A stretch of DNA of 64,000 bases, taken from assembly GCA_963664195.1 (NCBI GenBank), contig OY760907.1, forward strand, positions 2,176,001 through 2,240,000, written 5' to 3'. Source of the DNA: an uncultured candidate division Zixibacteria bacterium (GTDB taxonomy: Bacteria; Zixibacteria; MSB-5A5; GN15; FEB-12). Both the position numbers and the translations under genes were made by a program. Each line of letters opens with the position of its first letter. Within the stretch, counting starts at the first letter, position 1. The notes beneath the pieces were generated by a model that was not told the origin of the DNA, did no database searches, and worked only from the letters and a program-made list of their open reading frames with translations. Positions 19,744 through 29,769 of the stretch are shown here, piece after piece.

Positions 19744-20991
19744 ATGGAACTCGCAGAACTGAAACAAAAAACGATTGCTGATCTGCTGCAAATAGCAGAA
19801 AAGCTGGACATTCCGGGCGTGTCCGGTCTCCGTAAGTCGGAACTGATTTACAAGATCATGGAAAGCCAGTCCGGGGGCGACGGCGCGATTTTCGCCGAAG
19901 GCGTACTCGAAATCATGGATGAGGGGTACGGTTTCCTGCGGTCTCCCGATTACAACTATTTGCCCGGCCAGGACGATATCTATGTCTCACCATCCCAGAT
20001 CAAACGGTTTGACCTGCGGACCGGTGACACGGTTTCCGGCCAGGTGCGTTCACCCAAGGATAACGAACGGTATTTTGCATTGCTGAAGATCGAGGCGGTC
20101 AATTTCGATGATCCCGAGGTCGCCAAGCACAAGACGCTGTTCGACAATCTGACCCCGTTGTATCCGAATGATCCGTTCATCCTGGAGACGAATCCCGAGG
20201 AGTTGACAACTCGCGTAATCGACCTCATGTGCCCCATTGGCAAGGGACAGCGGGCGCTCATTACGTCGCCTCCCAAGGCCGGTAAGACGATTGTGCTGCA
20301 GAAGATCGCCCAGTCGATCACGGCCAATCATCCCAACGTGAGATTGATGGTGTTGCTTATCGACGAGCGTCCTGAGGAAGTCACGGATATGCGCCGCTCC
20401 GTTACGGGCGAGGTGATTTCGTCCACGTTTGACGAGCCGGCCGAGCGTCATGTGCAGGTAGCTAAAATGGTTCTGGAGAAATCCAAACGGTTGGTGGAAC
20501 ACAAACAGGATGTTGTTATCCTGCTCGATTCAATCACTCGCTTGGCTCGTGCGCATAACGCCGTGGTCCCGCACTCGGGGAAAATCCTTTCCGGTGGTGT
20601 TGACTCAAACGCGCTTCATATGCCGAAGCGGTTCTTTGGTGCCGCGAGAAATATCGAGGAGGGAGGATCACTGACAATCGTTGGTACGGCCCTCATCGAA
20701 ACCGGTTCTCGTATGGACGAAGTGATTTTTGAGGAGTTCAAGGGTACCGGTAACATGGAGCTGGTTCTGGATCGTCGTCTCTCAGACCGTCGTATTTTCC
20801 CGGCCATGGACATCAACCGATCCTCGACTCGTAAGGAAGAGTTGCTGATTCCGGAGGATAACCTCACCAAGATGTGGGTGCTTCGTAAGTTCCTCGCCGA
20901 GATGAATCCGATTGAAGCGATGGAATTCCTTCGCGACCGGATGAGAAAGACGAAGAACAACAAGAAGTTCCTTGCGTCGATGAAAGACTGA
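19744..20991 (+). CDS. rho: Transcription termination factor Rho
   Basis: [35 protein letters not shown]. Confidence 0.99.
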   Translation: MELAELKQKTIADLLQIAEKLDIPGVSGLRKSELIYKIMESQSGGDGAIFAEGVLEIMDEGYGFLRSPDYNYLPGQDDIYVSPSQIKRFDLRTGDTVSGQVRSPKDNERYFALLKIEAVNFDDPEVAKHKTLFDNLTPLYPNDPFILETNPEELTTRVIDLMCPIGKGQRALITSPPKAGKTIVLQKIAQSITANHPNVRLMVLLIDERPEEVTDMRRSVTGEVISSTFDEPAERHVQVAKMVLEKSKRLVEHKQDVVILLDSITRLARAHNAVVPHSGKILSGGVDSNALHMPKRFFGAARNIEEGGSLTIVGTALIETGSRMDEVIFEEFKGTGNMELVLDRRLSDRRIFPAMDINRSSTRKEELLIPEDNLTKMWVLRKFLAEMNPIEAMEFLRDRMRKTKNNKKFLASMKD

Positions 20992-21012
20992 TCGGTCTTT
21001 AGCATAAGACAT

Positions 21013-21052
21013 ACGGCTGTTGTGGTTGAGAAACCACCGCAGCCGTTTTTTT
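21013..21052 (+). terminator. Intrinsic terminator after rho
   Basis: ACGGCTGTTGTGGTT-GAGA-AACCACCGCAGCCGT followed by a T-run. Confidence 0.8.
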
Positions 21053-21125
21053 GTGCTGATGTCTCCGTCTTTCGCTGCGATCGGCAGGTCTCCGGGGGTT
21101 GTCCCGGAAGGTGCAAGGTGTGGAT

Positions 21126-21320
21126 AGACAAGGGCGTCTGCCGTCCACAGGAATCTCCCCTTGTATGGGCGGTAAGGCGACCTCGCCTGACCGCTTCTGA
21201 CGTGGTTGCGGCGGCTTGCGATCTGTCTGCTTTTGTAGCCTGGATTGGAAGCGCAGGTCCGAAGAAAGATCTGCGATACGAAGTCTGAAGACAGCCGTTT
21301 GTGGCGTTGATCTGCGCTAC
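21126..21320. repeat. REP-like mosaic 3
   Basis: Reverse GTGGACGGCAGACG copy (21126-21148); GAAGA(C)-type copies at 21252-21279 and 21283-21320. Confidence 0.7.
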
Positions 21321-21453
21321 GAAGCCATGCTCCTGAGACTGTTTTTATTTGATGTTACCATGCCCCGGCTTGTACACTGTACAGAGGTGTGTCTTCTTCG
21401 AGAGATGCTCCGGGTACGAGCAACTGTTGTACACGAAAGCCCGCACACAGGTT

Positions 21454-22122
21454 ATGTCGATGAAAGAGCCCGTAGTAGAGTTAGACCAGGTGCAATTGAA
21501 GGCCGATCGCGGGGGCTATGTCTTCCGTGATCTGAACCTGACTATCGAGAGCGGTGAATCGGTGATCATTTCAGGTCCTTCTGGTTCGGGGAAGACCATG
21601 CTGGCTCAAATGCTGGTCGGGTTGAGGTTCGCCAGTGCCGGGACAGTCAAGTTGTTCGGCCATGAGATCAGGCCTCGCAGGAAACGGCTGATTCGTAAGA
21701 CACGCCGGATGATTGGCGGAGTCGGTGGATCGTTTGGTTTGCTGCCGCTGTACACGGTTGCAGACAACATCACGTTGCCGCTGGTGATCGGTGCGGAACG
21801 GAAGAAATTACAGAAGGAACGACTGGTACGCGTCCTCTCTGAGTTCTCGCTGCTTAAACTGGCCAATAAGTATCCCCGTCATCTGACGCGAGTGGAAGAC
21901 TACCTGGCGCAGTTTGCCCGGGCAGCGGTCGCCAACCAGCCACTCATACTGATTGACGAGCCTCTCGCGGGTTTGGACAAGAAGAACTACGAGAGGATAT
22001 CCAACTTTCTCGTCAAAGTGGCGTTGTCCGGTAGATCGATGCTTATTCTGGTCTCCGAACCGCCTAACAGGACTATTCCTAACAGCCGATTGCTCAGGTT
22101 CACGAACGGGGGGGTGGAGTGA
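21454..22122 (+). CDS. ftsE: FtsE-like ABC ATP-binding protein with degenerate motifs
   Basis: Walker A GPSGSGKT and Walker B ILIDEP; sits upstream of ftsX-envC; Q-loop, signature and H-loop altered. Confidence 0.75.
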   Translation: MSMKEPVVELDQVQLKADRGGYVFRDLNLTIESGESVIISGPSGSGKTMLAQMLVGLRFASAGTVKLFGHEIRPRRKRLIRKTRRMIGGVGGSFGLLPLYTVADNITLPLVIGAERKKLQKERLVRVLSEFSLLKLANKYPRHLTRVEDYLAQFARAAVANQPLILIDEPLAGLDKKNYERISNFLVKVALSGRSMLILVSEPPNRTIPNSRLLRFTNGGVE

Positions 22123-22979
22123 CTCGCATCGCCCATATTCTTCGCGAACTGGGACGCAATATCTACCGCAATCCCGGTACGGCTGTAGCCTCTATACTGT
22201 CGCTTACATTGCTGTTTCTGCTGTTTGATCTTTTCTGGATTGCGGCCGGGACCTCGGATCGGTTCTATCAGGACCTGTTGTCTGATCTTCGGGTAGAGGT
22301 GTTTCTGGAGGAATCGGTTGCGGATTCGAACATTGTACCGATCACGGGCGAGCTCTCTGCCATTGAGGGAGTGCTGGAAGCTACTTACATCTCGCGTGAC
22401 AAGGCTCGCGAACGGCTGACAAGTCTGGTCGGCACGGATCTACTGGTTGGCTACGATGAGAGCAACCCGTTGCCGAGATCGTTCGTGCTGCGGATTGATA
22501 CTGACTATCTTAACAGTGAGAAGCTGGATGCTATCGAGTCTGAGTTGCGGTCAATCGGCGTGGCCTCTGAGATATCTTACAGCCGCCGATGGCTGACCAA
22601 GGCTGAAGGGGCGCGCTCGCTGATTCTTGAGATTGGGCTGATATTGGGGGCGCTTATTCTTGCGACGGCACTGGTGAGTTCAGCCAATAACATTCGTCTG
22701 ATGACCAAGGCCCGGGCGACCGGGTTTCGGCAGATGCTGCTACTCGGCGCGGGACGTCTGTTCATTTCGTTTCCGTTTGCCGCTGAAGGGTTTCTGATAA
22801 GTGGGTTGTCGGCGGCCTTCGGTTGGCTGATAATCATGTACGGGCGGGAACGGATTCAATTCAGCCAGTTTGATATCGTGTATCCGACATTGGAAGAGAT
22901 CGTCGTGTTCTGTGGAATTGCCGCCGTGCTCGGCGCAACAAGTGGGTTCTTTGGTGTCAGTCGCCAACTGAAGGATTGA
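22119..22979 (+). CDS. ftsX: Cell division permease FtsX
   Basis: 4-TM topology; NPLP, NNIRL and MLLLGA...FPF.EG patterns. Confidence 0.85.
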   Translation: MTRIAHILRELGRNIYRNPGTAVASILSLTLLFLLFDLFWIAAGTSDRFYQDLLSDLRVEVFLEESVADSNIVPITGELSAIEGVLEATYISRDKARERLTSLVGTDLLVGYDESNPLPRSFVLRIDTDYLNSEKLDAIESELRSIGVASEISYSRRWLTKAEGARSLILEIGLILGALILATALVSSANNIRLMTKARATGFRQMLLLGAGRLFISFPFAAEGFLISGLSAAFGWLIIMYGRERIQFSQFDIVYPTLEEIVVFCGIAAVLGATSGFFGVSRQLKD

Positions 22980-22980
22980 T

Positions 22981-24147
22981 ATGCGGTATTGCGCGATCAC
23001 AATCCTGGTAATGCTATTGGTTGGGCTGGTTTCCCAGACTCAGGCGGAAGACAAGGACAAGATACTCAATCAGAAGAGTGAGCTGGAGCGCCTTCAGCAG
23101 GACGTTGCCGAGGGCCAACGCCGTCTCGACTCACTGCAATCCGCTCAGCGCGATGTGCAGGGCAAGATCAGCGAGTACGATCAGAAGATAAGCTCTGATC
23201 GACAGGTGATACGACGTCTGAATAGTCAGTTGGACAAAGTGAAAAGAGACATTGCCGTGGGCGACTCGGTCCTGACCCACCGTCGACACTTGTACGACCG
23301 TCGACATCGCCGCTATCTGGGAAATATCCGCCACTTCTATATGGCCGCGCAAAGCCCGGACAGGGCAATCGCTGCTGATCCGAACGACGAACTCGACCTT
23401 CAGCGCCAGGTCGTTTATCTCACTGCCCTCTCCGGCTACGAGTCTGCCGGCATCGCCGATGCCTCAGAGCTTTTGGATGAGTCGCTGACCGAACTCGACG
23501 AAATGAGCGGCCGTCGCAAGATGATAAGGGGACTCAAAAAAGAACGCGAGACGAGTTTCTCGCTCGACAAGTCCCAGAAGGAACGTCAGGAAAAGAGCCT
23601 CGAGCAGTTGCGTCGCAAGAGCATGGTCGAGGCGGATCGCGTTTTGATGCTCAAACAGGCGGCGGAGGAAATGGCTGCTATTATCGCCCGCCTGGAGGAA
23701 CAGAGAACGAGGGATGACCTGGAAGGCACGCCGATCATCGGAGAGTCAGTCTTTGCGGGCATGAAAGGGCACCTGACCTCGCCCTACCGGGGAAAAGTGA
23801 TCGAAGGATTTGGTCATCACGTAGATGACGTGACCAATTTGAAATCGTTTGCGCCGGGTATTACGATCCAGGGGAAGGCCGGTCGGTCGGTGTACGCCGT
23901 GGCTTCGGGCAAAGTTGCCTACGCGGGGAGTTTGCGCGGCTACGGGAATTTCGTTATTATCAATCATGATCGACAATACTACACGACCTATGCCGGTTTC
24001 GGAGAAATCCTTGTATCGGAGAATCAGTTTTTGCAGGCGAGAGACAAGCTGGGAACCTCAGCAGCCGACGGTATTATCAAGTTCGAAATTCGCAAGGGAC
24101 GCGAGCCGCTTGACCCGGTGACGTGGATTGCCATTGAATCACTTTGA
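22981..24147 (+). CDS. envC: Murein hydrolase activator EnvC family (coiled coil + degenerate M23)
   Basis: Signal peptide; long coiled coil; GYGN..IINH LytM fold lacking Zn ligands. Confidence 0.8.
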   Translation: MRYCAITILVMLLVGLVSQTQAEDKDKILNQKSELERLQQDVAEGQRRLDSLQSAQRDVQGKISEYDQKISSDRQVIRRLNSQLDKVKRDIAVGDSVLTHRRHLYDRRHRRYLGNIRHFYMAAQSPDRAIAADPNDELDLQRQVVYLTALSGYESAGIADASELLDESLTELDEMSGRRKMIRGLKKERETSFSLDKSQKERQEKSLEQLRRKSMVEADRVLMLKQAAEEMAAIIARLEEQRTRDDLEGTPIIGESVFAGMKGHLTSPYRGKVIEGFGHHVDDVTNLKSFAPGITIQGKAGRSVYAVASGKVAYAGSLRGYGNFVIINHDRQYYTTYAGFGEILVSENQFLQARDKLGTSAADGIIKFEIRKGREPLDPVTWIAIESL

Positions 24148-25285
24148 TGTAACCAGAGCACAGCGCAAGGCCTGGTCGGTTTTGGCCCGGTCGCACTCAT
24201 CGCGGCGGGTGGCCTCGACATATCTGTTCTATGGTCGCGAGGGCGTAGGGTCCTGGGCGCTGGCAATTGAATTCGCGGCCCTCCTGAATTGCCAGAACCC
24301 GCTTGTTGACTCAGAAGATGAAGCTGTGTGCTATCCGTGCGGGGACTGTCAGCCGTGTCGCTCGATACGGGCGTTGAATTACGAGGGGTTGCAGTTTGTG
24401 GTCCCGATTGCGACGCACAAGAACTCCGGCGAGGCAATTGATCTCACGAACGAAGTACTCGACATAAAACGAAACGAGCCGTTTGCGTTCCACGAAAGCA
24501 GCAAGCAGACCCAGATTCCAATCGCCCGCGCTCGCGAGATCAAGAAGAGCCTGGCGACCAAAGCGATCCCCGGCATGACGCGAATTGTTTTGTTCTACCA
24601 GATGGAGAAGATGCGGGCTTCCTCGGCCGATGCCCTCCTGAAGCTGATCGAGGAACCGCCGCCGAATACGGTCATTATCCTGACTTCGAAACGCCCCGAG
24701 GGCCTGTTGCCGACCATTCAGTCTCGGGCACAGAAGATTCGGTTGGAACGCCTCCCGGAGGCGGCGGTCGTGGACTATCTGCAGAGTCGTTACGAGATGT
24801 CGGAAGACCGGGCGAAGCTCGTTTGTCGAATCAGCGACGGTGTTCTCGGCAAGGCTCTTCGGCTGGATGCCTCCAACGATTCTGACGATGCCGAGCGTCG
24901 AGCAGGCGGATTGGCTCTGTTTAGTGCCTTGTTCCATGAATCCGGACCGGATATGGTGGCGCAAATGAATGAACTCATTAACTACCGGAACCGTGCTGAG
25001 GTGGAGGAATTACTTCGGCTCTGGCAGGCCCTGATACGGGATTGTGCCCGGTATGCTATTACCTCAGAAGAAGATGACTTGATCAATATCGACTTCGGGA
25101 ATGAGATAAGACAAATGGCTGGGGCGTTTTCGTCGACCGGGCTGGCCGGGCGAATGGTCTCCCATATCAAGAATACGCTTGCCGATTTCCCCCGCAATGT
25201 GCATATTCAGCCTGCTTTAGTGGCTCTGGCACTTAAACTTAAGACGGAGATTTCGTCAGCCGGGGCGACCTCAGGAGGTTATTAG
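24128..25285 (+). CDS. holB: DNA polymerase III subunit delta'
   Basis: YLFYG, Zn-finger PCGDCQPC, ALLKLIEEPP, LLPTIQSR; precedes ricT. Confidence 0.85.
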   Translation: MPLNHFDVTRAQRKAWSVLARSHSSRRVASTYLFYGREGVGSWALAIEFAALLNCQNPLVDSEDEAVCYPCGDCQPCRSIRALNYEGLQFVVPIATHKNSGEAIDLTNEVLDIKRNEPFAFHESSKQTQIPIARAREIKKSLATKAIPGMTRIVLFYQMEKMRASSADALLKLIEEPPPNTVIILTSKRPEGLLPTIQSRAQKIRLERLPEAAVVDYLQSRYEMSEDRAKLVCRISDGVLGKALRLDASNDSDDAERRAGGLALFSALFHESGPDMVAQMNELINYRNRAEVEELLRLWQALIRDCARYAITSEEDDLINIDFGNEIRQMAGAFSSTGLAGRMVSHIKNTLADFPRNVHIQPALVALALKLKTEISSAGATSGGY

Positions 25286-26190
25286 TGGCCGAGCTATATA
25301 CGGTTGAGTTCAAAGGCTCCCGCAGGGAGTTTTTCTATAATACGTACTACCATTCCCTAGAACCGGGCGTACAGGTTATCGTGCAGGTTGACCAGGGGGA
25401 AGATATCGGCCTGCTTAAGAATCTGGTCGAGGCGGAGATGGAGTTTGCCGACAGCGCGCGTCCGAAGTCGATTCTCAGACTGGCCAACGACGAGGATATC
25501 GAGCGATACCAAACGCTCACAGCCAACGAGACTGAGTACAAGTCGGAAGTAGTCGGGCTGGTACGTAAGCACGGGTTGACGATGAAGATTGTCGATGTCG
25601 AGTGTCAGTTCGACGGCGGCAAAATCACGTTCTATTTTACGGCTGACCATCGGGTCGATTTCCGTGCTCTTGTCAGGGACCTGGCGTCTCGCTACCGGAC
25701 CCGGATCGAGTTGCGCCAAATTGGGGTGCGTGATGAAGCGCGACGGATCGACGGCTACGGGATCTGCGGTTTCCGTCAGTGCTGCAACGGACCGATCCGG
25801 GATTTTGCTCCAATTTCGACTCATCACGCACGGGAGCAGGAGCTCTCGTTGAACCCCTCGAAGATATCCGGCAATTGCGGACGATTGCTCTGCTGTCTTC
25901 GCTACGAAGTTGATCTCTATCGCGAGGTGAAAAAGAAATTCCCCTCGGTCGGGACCAGAGTCAAGACGACTCAAGGTGTGGGCACTATCAGTAGGATCGA
26001 TGTTTTCCGCGAGGAAGCCCTTCTATTCAACGAGGAAGACGTCCTTTGCCGTGTGAAGTCAGAGGAAATAGAAGAGCGCCTCAATGATGACCGCGGACGG
26101 CGGAAATATCCCAGAAACGAGCCCCGGCCCAGCCGTGAAGAGCAGGAAGAACTCAAGAAACTAGATAACGGCAACGGTGACTCGAAGTAA
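25285..26190 (+). CDS. ricT: PSP1/RicT (YaaT) Fe-S regulatory protein
   Basis: RVDFRALV, RIELRQIGVRDEA, GICG..CC, SGNCGRLLCCL. Confidence 0.9.
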   Translation: MAELYTVEFKGSRREFFYNTYYHSLEPGVQVIVQVDQGEDIGLLKNLVEAEMEFADSARPKSILRLANDEDIERYQTLTANETEYKSEVVGLVRKHGLTMKIVDVECQFDGGKITFYFTADHRVDFRALVRDLASRYRTRIELRQIGVRDEARRIDGYGICGFRQCCNGPIRDFAPISTHHAREQELSLNPSKISGNCGRLLCCLRYEVDLYREVKKKFPSVGTRVKTTQGVGTISRIDVFREEALLFNEEDVLCRVKSEEIEERLNDDRGRRKYPRNEPRPSREEQEELKKLDNGNGDSK

Positions 26191-26214
26191 GAGCGCCGTC
26201 CCCGGAGAAGACTC

Positions 26215-28128
26215 ATGGCTAAACCGATCTATATAACCACGCCTATATACTACGTCAACGATGTCCCCCATATCGGACATGCCTACACGACTATTGCTGC
26301 CGACTATCTGGCCCGATTCTACAAGCTTGCCGGACGTGAGGCGTACTTCCTGACCGGGACAGACGAGCACGGTACGAAGGTTGCCCAGACCGCCGAATCA
26401 AAGGGCATCTCGCCGCAGGAGTTCTGCGATGGCGTGGTAGCCCAGTACAAGACCGCGTGGAAGAATCTCAACGTCAAGAATGATGACTTTATTCGTACGA
26501 CCTCGGACCGGCACACCAGGGGAGTGATCAAAATCCTTGAAGAACTGCGCAGGGCTAAGACCGACGACGGTCAGGATGTGGTGTACTCGGACTATTACGA
26601 GGGGCTGTACTGTGTCGGCTGCGAGAAGTACATCGCTGAAAAGGAGTTGGTCGACGGGCTTTGTCCCGACCACAAGACCGAGCCGCAGAAGGTTCAGGAG
26701 AGGAATTACTTCTTCCGCCTGACGTCGTACATAGACAAGATCAGGGAGAAGATCGAATCGGATGAGTTGCAGATTCGCCCGGATGAACGCCGCCGCGAAG
26801 TACTCGGCCTGATCGAACAGGGACTGCCTGACTTCTCGCTGTCACGTGAGCGCGTTGAGTGGGGGATTGATCTGCCGTTCGATGAAACCCAGGTTGCCTA
26901 TGTTTGGGTGGATGCACTGTCGAACTACATCACGGCCATCGGGTACGCGGATGATACGAAAGACTTCACTAAGTGGTGGAAGCAATCCGAGATAGTTCAC
27001 CTGATGGCCAAGGACATCCTGAAATTCCATTGCCTGTGGTGGCCGGCTATGCTGATGGCCGCCGGATTGCCGCTGCCGAAGACTCTCTATCTGCACGGCT
27101 TTTTCACGGTTGACGGGGTGAAAATGTCTAAGTCGCTGGGCAACCAGATTTTCCCGAACGACATGGTAGAAGAGTTCGGCCCGTGCGGGACACGGTATCT
27201 GCTGTTGACCCAGTACCCGTTCGGAACCGATGGGAACATTCAGGCCAAGCGATTTGTGCAGCAGTACAATTCGGATCTCGCTAATGATCTCGGTAATCTG
27301 GTCTCTCGCGTGGGCAAGATGGTCACGGTCAACTGCGACGGGAAAATCCCGCAACCGTATGCCGATATCGAAGGTTTGTCGGAGTTGGTGGAACGAACCG
27401 AGAAGCTCGTCGATGTGGTTAGCGATCATGTCAAGAACCTTCGTTTGACCCATGCCATTAACGAGACGATGGCGCTGGTCAAGGCGACCAATAAGTTCTT
27501 TGCCGATACGGAACCGTGGGTCCGGGCCAAACAGGGCGAGACTGAAAAACTCGACGGCATTCTTAACGCCTGCTGCGAGGTTATCAGAGTTGTCTCGGTT
27601 CTACTGTACCCGATCATGCCGCAGAAGATGGAAGAAATCCGCGGTCTGTTTGGTTTGAATGCTGACAGTCTTAATCTCGAGGCGGCCCGGAGTTTTGCCG
27701 GACTGAAACCGGGCAGCGAGTTCAAAGTGGAGGATGCCGTCTTTCCGCGTCTCGATACAAAGAAAAAGGCCAAGAAGACGGAACCTGCCAAAGCCGATGA
27801 AGACAATCTGATCGACATAGCCGATTTCGGCAGAGTTCAGTTGCGGGTCGCCCAGGTGCTTGAGGCGGAACGTGTCGAGGGGGCTGACAAACTGCTTAAG
27901 CTCCAGATCGATCTCGGCACCGAGAAACGGCAGATAGTAGCCGGTATTGCCCAGCACTATGCGCCAGAAGAGATCACCGGCAAAAAAGTAGTCGTGGTGG
28001 CCAACCTGAAACCGGCGGTGATTCGCGGCGTGGAATCGCGTGGAATGCTTCTGGCGGCCAAGAAGAAGAAAAAGCTCTTCGTGGTGACACCGGACGGTGA
28101 CCTTCCGCCAGGTTCAACTATCAGCTAA
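26215..28128 (+). CDS. metG: Methionine--tRNA ligase with C-terminal tRNA-binding domain
   Basis: PHIGH, GTDEHG, KMSKS; OB-fold C-terminus (VANLKP..SRGMLL). Confidence 0.98.
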   Translation: MAKPIYITTPIYYVNDVPHIGHAYTTIAADYLARFYKLAGREAYFLTGTDEHGTKVAQTAESKGISPQEFCDGVVAQYKTAWKNLNVKNDDFIRTTSDRHTRGVIKILEELRRAKTDDGQDVVYSDYYEGLYCVGCEKYIAEKELVDGLCPDHKTEPQKVQERNYFFRLTSYIDKIREKIESDELQIRPDERRREVLGLIEQGLPDFSLSRERVEWGIDLPFDETQVAYVWVDALSNYITAIGYADDTKDFTKWWKQSEIVHLMAKDILKFHCLWWPAMLMAAGLPLPKTLYLHGFFTVDGVKMSKSLGNQIFPNDMVEEFGPCGTRYLLLTQYPFGTDGNIQAKRFVQQYNSDLANDLGNLVSRVGKMVTVNCDGKIPQPYADIEGLSELVERTEKLVDVVSDHVKNLRLTHAINETMALVKATNKFFADTEPWVRAKQGETEKLDGILNACCEVIRVVSVLLYPIMPQKMEEIRGLFGLNADSLNLEAARSFAGLKPGSEFKVEDAVFPRLDTKKKAKKTEPAKADEDNLIDIADFGRVQLRVAQVLEAERVEGADKLLKLQIDLGTEKRQIVAGIAQHYAPEEITGKKVVVVANLKPAVIRGVESRGMLLAAKKKKKLFVVTPDGDLPPGSTIS

Positions 28129-28904
28129 TGATCGACTCTCACTGCCATCTCGATTTTGATGCTTTTGATGACTGTCGCGAGGCGGCCATCGAGGACGCCC
28201 GTCGTGTCGGCGTCCATACGCTGATCAATATCGGCGCCGACCTGGTATCCTCGGAGCGTTCGGTCAAATTGGCCGAATCCTATGACATGGTTTATGCTAC
28301 GGTGGGTGTGCATCCTCATGATGCTCAGACGCTTGATGAGGCAACCTATCAACACATCAGAGAACTGGCCGGACATAAGAGAGTCGTCGGAATCGGCGAG
28401 ATCGGCCTCGACTACTACCGCGATCTATCTCCTCGACCGATTCAGAAAAAGGCCTTTGCAAGACAATTGGAGTTGGCGGTTGAACTCAACCTGCCGATCG
28501 TGATTCACACCCGCGACTCATTCGAGGATACGTTTGGCATCGTTCGCGATTTTGCGGCAGACTTGCCCGGCGGCGTTTTCCATTGTTTCCCCGGTACGGC
28601 CGATGAGGCCTACCGCGTGATTGATATCGGATTCGTAGTTGCTTTCGGAGGTGTCATCACCTACAAAAACGCTTCTATGGCACGTACTGCCGCCGAAGTT
28701 CCGCTCGACAAGATACTGATCGAGACCGACGCTCCCTACTTGACGCCGGTTCCTCATCGCGGCAAGACAAATCGCCCGGCCTATGTCGCTTTCGTACGCG
28801 ATAAACTGGCCGAACTGCACTCGGTCTCTCCTGCGGAAATCGAGAAAATAACCGATCGCAACTGCCGAAAACTCTTCCGTCTCGTGGAGACGTTCGGAGG
28901 CTAA
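28128..28904 (+). CDS. tatD: TatD family deoxyribonuclease
   Basis: IDSHCH, GVHPH, GEIGLDY, ETDAPY. Confidence 0.95.
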   Translation: MIDSHCHLDFDAFDDCREAAIEDARRVGVHTLINIGADLVSSERSVKLAESYDMVYATVGVHPHDAQTLDEATYQHIRELAGHKRVVGIGEIGLDYYRDLSPRPIQKKAFARQLELAVELNLPIVIHTRDSFEDTFGIVRDFAADLPGGVFHCFPGTADEAYRVIDIGFVVAFGGVITYKNASMARTAAEVPLDKILIETDAPYLTPVPHRGKTNRPAYVAFVRDKLAELHSVSPAEIEKITDRNCRKLFRLVETFGG

Positions 28905-28908
28905 TCCG

Positions 28909-29709
28909 ATGGCCGGCTATCACGCCAAAAAGCGGCTCGGTCAGAACTTCCTCAAATCGCCCGAAGTCATCCAACGCATAGTCGATGAAGTGGACCCTTC
29001 GCCGGGCAGGCTCGTTATCGAGATCGGTCCCGGCCGCGGCGCGCTGACTCATCCACTCGCCGAGAGCGGAGTTGAATTGCTGGCGGTTGAGTTCGATCGG
29101 GACCTCGTCGGCTATCTTGAAAAGCTCGTCCGCAAGTTCGACAATGCGACAATCCTTCATGCTGACTTCCTGACGTTTGAACCGGATGCAGTGCGCTACC
29201 CCGTATTTACGTTGTTGGGCAACCTCCCGTACAATATCACTTCGCCAGTGATGGACTGGTGCGACCGCTACCATGGGCGAATCGAAAGTGCCGTATTCAT
29301 GGTGCAGGAGGAGCTGGCCCTTCGTCTGGCAGGCTCGCCCGGCAGCAAAAACTGGTCTCCGTTGTCGGTGATGACGCAGATGCTATTCGATGTCGACTTC
29401 CGGTTCCGCGTCTCCGGCAAGGCCTTCAGGCCCCCTCCCAAAGTCACCTCTGCCGTCGTAAGACTCACCCCGCGAGCGACGATACTCGACACGGCCACCG
29501 ATGCCGTACGTCAGGTTGTCAAAGTATCGTTTAAGCAGCGGCGAAAACTTCTCATCAATAATCTGGTACCGGAGGTTATCCCGACGGTTGCTCAGGCATG
29601 CGAGATTCTCAACGATCTTGGTCTTGACCGTAGCTGCCGGGCAGAGCAGGTGACAATAGAGCAGTTTTTAGCTTTGACTAACGGGTTGCTCCGGCTTAAG
29701 CTTGTATAA
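28909..29709 (+). CDS. rsmA: 16S rRNA m6,2A dimethyltransferase
   Basis: KKRLGQNFL, EIGPGRG, GNLPYNI, FRPPPKVTS. Confidence 0.97.
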   Translation: MAGYHAKKRLGQNFLKSPEVIQRIVDEVDPSPGRLVIEIGPGRGALTHPLAESGVELLAVEFDRDLVGYLEKLVRKFDNATILHADFLTFEPDAVRYPVFTLLGNLPYNITSPVMDWCDRYHGRIESAVFMVQEELALRLAGSPGSKNWSPLSVMTQMLFDVDFRFRVSGKAFRPPPKVTSAVVRLTPRATILDTATDAVRQVVKVSFKQRRKLLINNLVPEVIPTVAQACEILNDLGLDRSCRAEQVTIEQFLALTNGLLRLKLV

Positions 29710-29769
29710 GGGCCAGAGACAGTGCCTTTTCATTGACGAAGACGACCGAAACACAGGGGAATTGATATA

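Noticed and set aside
22981..25285. Missing Zn ligands in EnvC and degenerate Walker A in HolB as novel pseudoenzymes
   Set aside because: Both are established normal features of these families
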